Both the position numbers and the translations under genes were made by a program. A stretch of DNA of 64,000 nucleotides from Phoronis australis (lineage: Eukaryota; Animalia; Phoronida): NCBI GenBank assembly GCA_002633005.1, contig NMRA01000986.1, forward strand, positions 2,411 through 66,410. The letters run 5' to 3'. Within the stretch, counting starts at the first letter, position 1, and each line of letters starts with the position of its first letter. The notes beneath the pieces were generated by a model. The model saw only the letters and a list, made by a program, of their open reading frames with translations. It did not search any database and was not told the DNA's origin. Below are positions 13,601-23,849 of the stretch, one piece after another.

Positions 13601-16600
13601 CAAAAGCCTGCTACCACTGGAAATTAAGAGACTATTTAAAATCCATTCTGACACCCCATTGAAACTGCAATATGAAGATCCTGAGTGGGATAACGAGATT
13701 GTTTTGGTGGATAGTCCTCAGGAGTTGCCTGATAGAGCGAAAGTACACATTACTCTCAGGGGTGCAGGTCATGCACGGCTGCCTGCAGAGGATGAACATG
13801 TTGACCCTCAACCAGCAACTGTGAGTTCATGCAGTAACCCAAACAGGTACAGTGCGATACATTTCTGTTACTTATAGCCATCTAGAGAACAGTGTGCTTA
13901 CATATACATGTAGAAGTTGTATCGTTAGATTTTAATCGGCGTGATTTTACTGAGTCGCGACAATGATAAAAGAAACTGAGTTAATTCATCAGAGACAAGT
14001 TTTTATTGATCTAACAAAGACGTTCAACACAACAGTGGTTCATCCCGAAAATGTAGTCCGCCTGGCGTTCCTATGACAGTGAAAGGATTGTAGGAAAGGG
14101 TGCTGTTCTCACAACCCTTTGTACGCACGTCTCAGATTTCTAAACATACCATTGTCTCTGACGCCCAGCGAAAGCAAAAATATGGCGATACATTCGATAG
14201 CCCGCAATATAACGGAAACACTGATCAGCATTGATTGTACTAATGTGATACCTATCGTAAAAACAGCCATATGTTCGATACACTCATCGGTCGAAATTGG
14301 GCAACTCGACTGGTTTGCGTACCTCGAACTTCTGGCAATGTCAATTTTATCAAAGACAACATTACGTTGTAATAATTTACATAGCCACAAGCTGCCGATG
14401 TTATATTTTGTGGATAATCAGTGTATGAGCTAATCAAGCTAAATCAGATTATTTAAATAAGCGAGACAGTTTTATTCCAAAAATATGTTTTCTTTGATGT
14501 CCAGGGTGAGCCAAGGGGGTGAACTTGCTTAGCATGGGCGTTTTCAAATAGGGTGCATTTTACCTTATTCTGGGAATGTTTTGAATCGGGGAAACAAATA
14601 TTTTAGTAGAAAAAATGTGCGATTTCCACACGTAAAGCACCAAGTATTAATTAACTTCGGTGCTCAAGCTTTGTTCATCTGTTTAATCATTTCTAAAGTC
14701 CTTTTCCATTTTGATTGTTCACAAACAATTCCATAATTCAAGCCTTGACCCATTTTCATCTATCACTTACATGTACACACTGATGTATAAATTAAAACTG
14801 CTTTGTTTGTGCATACATCCACCAAATGTACCGAGAGCGGCGTAAATAAAGTCATATCCCACGAGCCATTATTCCGCGTATCGACCTTATTTAAGTCTGT
14901 TTCAATATTTCGGAAGATTTTTAAATACTTAACTCAAACTGTTCAAATCTATATGCTCATGTATTTGCGCGTTATTAAATGCTTTCTCCTGTAAAACAAA
15001 ACAGTTTCAGTTATTATGATTTATCACTTGAAGCGAGATAACAAAGATGACAGCAACGGAAATTGTGCACGACGTTGTAACATTTCCCGAAAATGATTAA
15101 ATTAAAACAATATTTTACAATGTAGCTACCGTGGAATCGTCGCCTGCGTTTTAGACGATATACTGTAACTATTAGCAAATAAAACTGACACTAAAGTGTC
15201 ATATGATTAACAGTTTCGTACATGTAACAGATGTTCTGTTAGAGACCGGGTTGTATGCTCATTGTTATTTACACTGCAGCAATGCTACTAGTTTAAACTA
15301 TTTTGGGAAAGTTTGATGATCAAACCGCCTATTGTTGTCAATTCGACATTGACCTCCCGTACCTTCTGAAAACTTTCCATGTCAGAGGCCACAGTTAAAT
15401 TAGTTCTGGGAACGTGATACCAAATACAATATCTCATGGCAGTATTGCATTTGACAGGTTCAACGCTTATGGGATAAAACAATTATTTCGTACTCTTTTC
15501 AGGAATCATAAATTTTACGTGATGAATTAAAAGATATGCCCGTTCCACCAAATTGTTTTACCATTTCCATTTCTTAAAATACCCTTGTTTAAAGCTAAAT
15601 TTCGAGAGGCTGGCTAAAAAGTTAATCGAACTAGGCCTTTTCTCTCATAAACTTGTCTCACAATATCACTTATCGTGACATGGTTCAATTTCCATTTCCA
15701 GTCAAGTTGAGTCGCGAGCAATGCGGCTAGGTGCGTCATTTTCGATTTCAGAATTTTCAGGTTGACTAAACACACTTAACTCTTAAACATTTTCGTGGGT
15801 CCCTGATGGAATGGAAAAAAAATTCCCATGAAAGAGAAATCTATTCCTAGCGGGTAGAACGCCTGCTTTATTTTCGTTTTAATGAAGATAAACATGACGA
15901 ATTGCATGTTTAAATTGTGACATCACGAACGATTTATTGCCTTTATAGGAACTGGGCCATTAGTTACAGTAGAGACACCAGGAGTGTTTCCTTTGTTCAG
16001 GCTTTAACGGAAGGGTGTGTTTGAATTTACTCAATCGTTATTTTACATCTCAATACACGGTTTTTTTTCTATTTTTTGTTCATCTTCACAGTGTCTTTTA
16101 GTAGCAGTGAGTATTTCAAAATATGATGCATACTCAGCGTCATGTCGTTTCGTTTCTTAAGCACCTGTTCAATTTGGTGTCACTAAAGAATAACAAATCC
16201 TTTTGACCAAAGTATTAAGAAAGTTGCAAGGTTCTGTCGCACTCTTGATTTTCTAATCCAAGATGTCAAATGAGTGTCATGTAATGTTTCGGGATTGTAC
16301 GATCAGTTTATATTTTTTCTGGTAACTTTTTCAACCTATCTGTCAATGTTACGGCGAATTTAGTCACCAATTCTCTGAAGCAGCAGAAAAACCAGTTTGG
16401 TACAAATTTGAAAAGTCAGTGCAAAGTATGATTATTTAAACTATTTAGAGCAAGTACCCACCACCTCAGGATCAACGTGTGAGTAAGAGTTTTGATTTGA
16501 TTAAACAAGACATGCTGTTGTCTCAGGGGCAGCACTACACTTCAATAGCAGGTAGCAGAACATCTTGTTGAATTACAGCAGCTGGCTCCTGTTGTGTTTT

Positions 16601-18931
16601 TCATTTCGATTTCAATGAATGAATGGTATATTTGGTGTTTTGGCCTTTTCAGTGCAAGTGGAGAGACGAAGCACATTCCCTTAGATTATAAATGGCCAGT
16701 GGAATCTCTTTCTAAACATTTGTTACAAAAGCTGACAGAAAAAGAGCCGTTGAGTAAATCAGAACAGTCGTCATTGATCCTCACGGCATTGGACGATTTA
16801 GATAAAAAGTTCAATAACATGTAAGTATGTTGTCTCTACGAGATTTCGTAGTCAAACTAAGGCTGTTATAGTCTCCCAAAATAAATATTTTCCAGGTGAA
16901 CGAATTCTGTTTCAGTGGCAGAGAACTATTCTGGCTAGTGAAATGTAGTCCATTTCTCGCTTTCAAGGACCTCTTTAAAACAGTCCCAATGAACAATGCG
17001 GTACACCGTAGTTTAGTTGGCATTTGCTATTCTATGTGTTTCTAATGTCTCATGTTATTCTTTTAGTTACCCTGACCAGAAGGAATACGGCCTCATTGCA
17101 CGAGCGTTATTGAGGGAATTTCCACATCTTGAAAATCCAGAGAACACGCTACAGGTATTTTTTTGTTAATCTCGCTTGTTACAACACACACCAGTAAATG
17201 AAGTGACGGTTTTCAAACATATCTTTAAGTTAATGTTGATGATTAGAAAACTCAGATAATAATTTCGCCAGGTGATTGCTTTACAAGAAAAGAATGTTAC
17301 TATTTTTGATAATCATAACACACACTAGCACATATTCATGCGCCCCACGTATAAATTTTCCCTCAGCTCTGTCTCATTGTATCTCCTGATACCTTCCTCC
17401 CAGGATCACAACGATGTTTAGCAGTTGTGATTCCGTGAGGCTGACGTCAGATGACGATTTTTGGACTGATACTACTAGGGCTTTCCTCCTTGTCCCAGTT
17501 TTGTAATTTTTATTTGTCTCACCACCTTTGGAGTTCCATATTGGATTTTCATTACTTTTGGCAAATAGGTTATCTACTAAAACGCCGACTACGCCACCTG
17601 TTTTTGAATGTATTCGATAAATCATACGCTACCCAGTGACAACTGATTCAACTCTTGATTTCGTTTTTTGCCTGCACACCTCTTTATACGCCAAAGCTCC
17701 CCACAGATCATTTTGAAAATTGGTTCAACTAATTTGGTGTCCCTTGGTGATAGACCCATCTGCAACTGTATCTGTTAAACCCCGTGCAGGGTCGTTTTAA
17801 AATTTGACAAGTCTAACCCTAATTAGATTGACGACACATGAACGGATTCGACTAGGCTGTGCTTCTACTGCCAGTTTGATTTCTTGCGTTTGCTTCTGCA
17901 TATCTGGACAACGGATTTATTTTCGTGAAATTTGACAAAAACTTTCGGACTCAATAATGCCTTCAAATTTTGGGACTTGATGAACGGGTTCTGTGCCATC
18001 CAACGCAACAGCAATGTTTCTGACAGTAATAAACACCCCCAAAAGCACAGAATTTGTCCCACAGTCGTTAACACTCTCAATGGCTCAAGTATTCAATGTT
18101 CCATCTCTGTGACGCAGATGAAATGCACACATCAATGTAAAATGTTGAAATTTAATGTAAACAAGGAAAGTAAAATTAATCAAACCGAAACAAAAGTGAT
18201 GACTAGGTCGTTTGGTGATTGTCTTAAGCAGGATCGTCTGTCGTGTGTAGTACTTTGCAGACCATAATTGCAATTGTTAATCACTCGTGTAGCACGATCC
18301 AAGAAAGTAAATAAGTTAATTTTTACTCAATCTAAGATTTGTCTCAACTTCGAAGCTTCCACATCATTTAAGTTTGACAAAATTAATACAACACTTAAGT
18401 CGAAAACTTAAGTCAAACTTAATGAAGATCTCTTTCTTCAAACAGAGACAAATTCGCTTAAAATTGGTTGAGATTTAAGATTTGTCTTACTTTTCTCGGA
18501 ACGGGCCCCACTCTTGTAATTGTTTTTGTCTGGTATATACCACAATTGTAATTCTTAATGACTTCGTGTGTTACTTGTGACGTCATGTCACAGTTAGTTA
18601 TTTAGGGAAGTGTGTTAGAAGGTTTAACTGCTAAAATGTATTTAACGTATATTGAGTCGACTCCCTATAAATACAGCATGTTGTCTCTTTTGGTTTGAAT
18701 TAAATTTTATCAAGTCAAGACTATTTACACTGTTGCGTAACACGCCGCATTCCCTTCCGTATTGTCAAGGTTTGGAAGAAAAAAATACAGAAATTCTTCA
18801 AAAACCATCGACGAAGGCACATGCGAAAGAGACCAGAAGTCGATGAAAACATTCGGAAACGTACTGCCTCTCAACCTTCGGCTGACTCATCAGATAATCC
18901 TTCAACCTCAAAGATTGTGAAACCATCTTAA
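1538..18931 (+). CDS. 5'-incomplete spliced gene: ankyrin-repeat protein with C-terminal PB1/ubiquitin-like and SAMD3-like modules (8 exons: 1538-1639, 6013-6111, 7991-8140, 10254-10497, 13534-13846, 16653-16820, 17067-17154, 18770-18931)
   Basis: All introns are GT..AG. Intron phases 0,0,0,1,2,2,0 are mutually compatible, and the joined exons (1326 nt) read through without a stop until TAA at 18929-18931. Confidence 0.75.
3712..4259 (-). other. 181-codon antisense ORF or terminal exon nested in an ankyrin-gene intron, unknown product
   Basis: Second-longest ORF in the window; a good acceptor (ttttgattttcaag|GT ATG) lies directly before it; no recognisable domain. Confidence 0.3.
6013..6111 (+). 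CDS. Ankyrin-repeat exon (33 aa)
   Basis: tgtag|AAT...ACG|gtaaga; NGDTPLHIATRHGNLDVVELLLKKGVDATATNT is a canonical 99-nt phase-0 ankyrin exon. Confidence 0.95.
7991..8140 (+). CDS. Terminal ankyrin half-repeat plus acidic insert (50 aa)
   Basis: ttttacag|GAA...GAG|gtacgc; EGKTAYDVC (capping GxTAxD motif), acidic SDxDxEE repeats, then KIKKILE. Confidence 0.88.
10254..10497 (+). CDS. Low-complexity Glu-rich linker exon
   Basis: ttcag|AAC TAC ATG...ACA G|gtagta; phase 0 in, phase 1 out, fitting both neighbours; purine-rich codon-like composition. Confidence 0.75.
12900..13288. mobile_element. Short MITE, same family as 61695-63093
   Basis: Imperfect TIRs ccaagacccggcctccaatct / agattagagaccgagctcag; internal ACTCGA/TCGAGT repeats. 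Confidence 0.65.
13534..13846 (+). CDS. PB1/ubiquitin-like domain exon (resembles N-terminus of SAMD3-like proteins)
   Basis: aatag|GG AAC...AAC AG|gtacag; YLVKYEGDQRKIVV...EIKRLFKI...LKLQYEDPEWDNEIVLVDSPQELPDRAKVHI shows a beta-grasp pattern with an acidic OPCA-like LQYxDxE motif. Confidence 0.78.
16653..16820 (+). CDS. SAMD3-like module exon 1
   Basis: ttttcag|T GCA...AAC AT|gtaagt; ASGETKHIPLDYKWPVESLSKHLLQKLTEKEPLSKSEQSSLILTALDDLDKKFNN; phase 2/2. Confidence 0.78.
17067..17154 (+). CDS. SAMD3-like module exon 2
   Basis: cttttag|T TAC CCT...CAG|gtattt; YPDQKEYGLIARALLREFPHLENP fits the YP..(x)..A.AL+..+P.L..P motif of SAMD3-like proteins. Confidence 0.8.
18770..18931 (+). CDS. SAMD3-like module exon 3 with stop codon
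   Basis: gtcaag|GTT TGG AAG...TAA; VWKKKIQKFFKNHRRRH fits the W...+..+..N.R motif; the exon continues to the donor CAG|gtatgt at 18976. Confidence 0.72.
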   Translation, partial: VWKKKIQKFFKNHRRRHMRKRPEVDENIRKRTASQPSADSSDNPSTSKIVKPS

Positions 18932-19068
18932 AGTTTTCAAGGATTTCTGGGAGATGAAATACAGGAGTATGATCAGGTATGTGTACATGTGAAAGTGTGC
19001 ATTTATAACTCATGACCACAATGAAGGACTGACACAGTGATTTGACTTATTGACTGGCAAAAGGGGGG

Positions 19069-19144
19069 CCCCATTGACCGTCACATGTGACACCCCATTG
19101 ACGGACACATGTGAAGCCCCATTGACTGTCACATCTGAGGTCCC
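19069..19144. repeat. 24-bp minisatellite, 3 copies (CCCCATTGACnnnCACATGTGA)
   Basis: ccccattgaccgtcacatgtgaca / ccccattgacggacacatgtgaag / ccccattgactgtcacatctgagg. Confidence 0.85.
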
Positions 19145-21223
19145 AGTTTGTAGATGCTGCGGTTATGAGCACTGCAGCCAATAATTTTGTCAACGCCTGA
19201 CAGCAGATGTACTAGAGTATTATTAATTAGGTGTCTACATATTATGTTGCTGTCGACCAGAAGTGGCGGAACCAACCAATGAAGGCAGAAACTTCCTGAC
19301 TTATAGTCTGGTCTGAACTTTCACTACTCTGCTGATGATACGAAACTGACATTCATAAAGTAATGCAATTGTGTCCAATTAGTAACGGCTTAAGTGGGGA
19401 GAGGGGGTAATTTGAATGGTCTTTAAAACATTGATTGTATTTTGTGCACCTCATTGCTCAGTATCGGTCACATGACCTGCTTTCGACAACAATCATTTAC
19501 ATATGAGTCTCAAATTTTCGGGAAAATACAGTACAATTACAGGCCATGGCAAATACACACGAAAATGGAATCAGGGTAGAGCCTCGCTCTCACCGATCCT
19601 AAGGACACATATGCTTAAGTTCCTGTTGGAACACGTGGTGCTAAAACAATGCTCACAGTACAAGTAATTACAACACTTCTTAAGATAGGTCAGTACTCAC
19701 GAGTGTTTTCACTTTTAGTAAGATGAACCATGAGCAGGCAACTGGTTGCTGATTAACAGTGTTCTTTACTAAACCATCATCTGGTGCCATAATGTTCACG
19801 TTCCGTAGAACACTTTTGTTTCAAGAAAAGCAAGTTCAGTCAGGACCTCGCCGAATCATGCGGGTGAAAGGCTATTGTCTGCCATTGTTCGGGGGATTTT
19901 ACGTTTAATCTCAACAAAATGAAGACCACCGACTGTAAGAGGTACTGGAGCGATGAAATGTTAAATTGTATTCTGTGTTTCCATCTTTTCAACCATTTTA
20001 GGTCTGCGGAACGCAGGCAAGTTCGTGTTCAAATCTGTGTACTTTATTGCTTAACTTGATGTTGGTTTGGTGGTCGGGACATGGTCACCGTTGAAGTTTA
20101 GCGTTTGGGTGATAGGCGTCAGGCCTATGGCTTTAAATTCCCATCGAATTATTTTGTGTACCTGTAAATGTTTCATAAACGGTTCTCAATTACACTGTAT
20201 TACGTCACCATCAATATAACACATGCCAGTACACGGATATTCAAGTTAAATCAAATTTAATTTTGTTCCCTCGGCCACAGCCATCTTGACCAACAGAGGG
20301 CAGTTTTACCTTAGTCAAGTCAGTCAGAGAAGTCCAGCCTTTAAGCAGTTCTTCCGAAAAATCAACACAATGGTTTTTACTAAAGCGCGAAGTTGATTGG
20401 TTGAATTTCGCTGTAATTTTATTTAATATTTGACATATATCTCTTTCAGCCTGCAAGAGGAAGGAATTCATTCAAGGGACCGTTGCTAATCACAATATCG
20501 GTGGAGTATGTTCATGTTACTATCGTGGAGTATTTTCCTGTTATTATCGCTGCATCACACGAAAGAAGTGCGTATTGTCAAAGTGGAGCTACTTGAGTTT
20601 TCTTGGCTCAAGGAGCACGATATTGAAGTTAATCCGAAATTATTCCACCTGCAACTAAAGTCATGGTAACAAGCCGTTGGGATATCGAGGTAGGCTTTGA
20701 TTGACTGTTGGAAAATAAAAGTGAAAGAACGCTATTTAACCTCATATTGTGAAATTATTTACCATTTGGTGAATGACGTGTGTTATTGGGTTATGTTGAA
20801 ATCGCTTGTTTTATACCATATCTGTCCGTGATTGATTCTCGTGCAGGTTTTAGTAGAATGATTGTTAGCCTGGCTAAGTTGATAGCACTGCTTTCAGATA
20901 ATCTACGTCTTATGTTCAGTGTACAGGTTCACATGATCTGTTTTTTCTGTGGCCATGTTTTGTTGTTACGTACATGTACATTTTATTCATGACCAGGGGT
21001 TGGTCTTACAGTTCATTCGTTATCAAACACATGTTGTTGGTGTTGTCGTTTTTGATGTTATTATCGTTGTTGGTGGTTGTTTCAATGCCTTGCTGATGTT
21101 GTGATGTTTAATGTAGCGGTTTTGTTGTTTAGCTGTCAATTATTTTCACAATCATTTATTGGCATGTCGGTGTTAAGCGCTTGTTGCCCCATTGTCATGT
21201 TGAACTATGTTTACAATGTACTA

Positions 21224-23496
21224 CAGTGTACTTGCTACTAGTTAATGGAAATATCTGAGTGATAACCCTCTGTCGTTAGTGGTACCCCTTTGTCGTTAGT
21301 GGTACCCCTCTGTCGTTAGTGGTACCACTCTGTCGATAGTGGTACCCCTCTGTCGTTGTCTTGTGTATTGGTAACCTCTAATAAACTATGAACTGCAGTT
21401 AAATGACTTTATATCCCTACATAGTTGTAACCTGCGAAATATGCACTGGTGATGAAGAAGTCGAGACTAATACATGTAAGTTGTATAAATATCCCCCTGA
21501 ATCTAAGTGTAGTGTATTGCACCGCAACGCTTTGATTACTTTATTGTGTGTCCTCAGTCAGGTGTAGCTAAAAAAGCCTCAGTTGCGGTGTTGGAAATAT
21601 TCTTCATGCCGGAAATGACGAGTTGAGTTATATTTTATTCCATGCTAAAGAGAAGAGATGCTATTCAGGGTGCGTACAACTCTTACCTTACATTCTAATT
21701 TAAATATATCACCCATCTTCTTAATCTTTCTGTAAATTCCTCCTTTCTTGATTTTTCTATCGTTTCAATCATTAACTCCGCATCAATTCTTAGGGACAAA
21801 TGACGATATGTTTTTATTGCAACTTCAAATTAGAATGGACATTTTGCAAAAAAAACACACATACCCTTTTGCATTGGTCGGATCAAGTGTTTCTGTTGTT
21901 AATTAAGTTGTTCACAATAACCATTTAACAGTTTTAAAAGGTCGGCCTCATGCATGACACCTGCCTCGATCTAAATGATTGAATTATGAAATATACAGTG
22001 TAGCTAGCGATAACGATTCAAACTGTTAATGCAACGTCAAATATCTACATGTAACTATGTGTTTTATTTTCTGTTCCAACTCTCAGTTAAAATCCATGTT
22101 TAGTGTGCTACGTCTACTTTTTGGCTCAGTATTCCCATTATTTTTGTAATACAGCCCTACTTTTTCACAAGCTGCTTGTACGAATCCTGCAAATTAGAAA
22201 ACCTTCAAATAAGGCACATCATGGGCCTGTGGCACGGGACGCCCTCCTGGCTAAATCTGTGAGAGTTCTGTTACGATGACCTGCGCCACTACCTCGCTAA
22301 AATCTAGCAGAAAATCACGTCCTCTCATTTAAAATACGCAGTAATGTATCACACAATCCTAANCAGTGTACTTGCTACTAGTTAATGGAAATATCTGAGT
22401 GGTAACCCTCTGTCGTTAGTGGTACCCCTTTGTCGTTAGTGGTACCCCTCTCTCGTTAGTGGTACCACTCTGTCGATAGTGGTACCCCTCTGTCGTTGTC
22501 TTGTGTATTGGTAACTTCTAATAAACTATGAACTGCAGTTAAATGACTTTATATCCCTACATAGTTGTAACCTGCGAAAAGTGGACTGGTGATGAAGAAG
22601 TCGAGACTAATACATTTAAGTTGTATAAATAACCCCCTGAATCTAAGTGTAGTGTATTGCACCGCAACGCTTTGATTACTTTATTGTGTGTCCTCAGTCA
22701 GGTGTAGCTAAAAAAGCCTCAGTTGCGGTGTTGGAAATATTCTTCATGCCGGAAATGACGAGTTGAGTTATATTTTATTCCATGCTAAAGAGAAGAGATG
22801 CTATTCAGGGTGCGTACAACTCTTACCTTACATTCTAATTTAAATATATCACCCATCTTCTTAATCTTTCTGTAAATTCCTCCTTTCTTGATTTTTCTAT
22901 CGTTTCCATCATTAACTCCGCATCAATTCTTAGGGACAAATGACGATATGTTTTTATTGCAACTTCAAATTAGAATGGACATTTTGCAAAAAAAAACACA
23001 CATACCATTTTGCATTGGTCGGATCAAGTGTTTCTGTTGTTAATTAAGTTGTTCACAATAACCATTTAACAGTTTTAAAAGGTCGGCCTCATGCATGACA
23101 CCTGCCTCGATCTAAATGATTGAATTATGAAATATAGCTAGCGAGAACGATTCAAACTGTTAATGCAACGTCAAATATCTACATGTAACTATGTGTTTTA
23201 TTTTCTGTTTCAACTCTCAGTTAAAATCCATGTTTAGTGTGCTACGTCTACTTTTTGGCTCAGTAATCCCATTATTTTTGTAATATAGCCCTACTTTTTC
23301 ACAAGCTGCTTGTACGAATCCTGCAAATTAGAAAACCTTCAAATAAGGCACATCATGGGCCTGTGGCACGGGACGCCCTCCTGGCTAAATCTGTTAGAGT
23401 TCTGTTACGATGACCTGCGCTACTACCTCGCTAAAATCTAGCAGAAAATCACGTCCTCTCATTTAAAATACGCAGTAATGTATCACACAATCCTAA
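21224..23496. repeat. 1.14-kb direct tandem duplication separated by one N (likely haplotype-overlap assembly artefact)
   Basis: 21224-22362 and 22364-23496 are near-identical (scattered SNPs, a 7-bp and a 1-bp indel); N at 22363 sits exactly at the junction. Confidence 0.93.
21261..21357. repeat. 20-bp minisatellite, ~5 copies (GGTACCCCTCTGTCGTTAGT); repeated at 22401-22497
   Basis: Direct reading of the tandem units. Confidence 0.9.
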
Positions 23497-23849
23497 AAAG
23501 TCTTATATGGAAATTTTAACGAGGTCCTAGGGTTACTGAATAGCTGGCTGGTCTATTCTGGCTTACCCGTATTCACTGAGAAGTGCTGCCATCTTCCACA
23601 ACAAAAATAAAATTGAAAAACGTACTGGCCAGAGAAAATAGACAAAAAACGACGGCTAATGGTGCATGGAGAACATGTTGACCCAAAATAGGATTAACCC
23701 CGCAAACGCGCACAAATTGACAAAAGATGACAAAAACGCGAGCTCATGATGAATGGGATTGATACCCGGACTGTGACGTGCAACGATGAAACTTGAAATA
23801 GAAGAGGGTCCACCATCTAACACAGATCGGTCTATGAAAAAATGCTTTA

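Noticed and set aside
13821-13826. Alternative strong donor ACT|gtgagt in the PB1-like exon
   Set aside because: It is phase 0 and would not join in frame with the phase-2 acceptor at 16653; the 13846 donor fits.
21261-21357. CRISPR-like short direct repeats
   Set aside because: Contiguous 20-bp units with no unique spacers, no cas genes, eukaryotic context.
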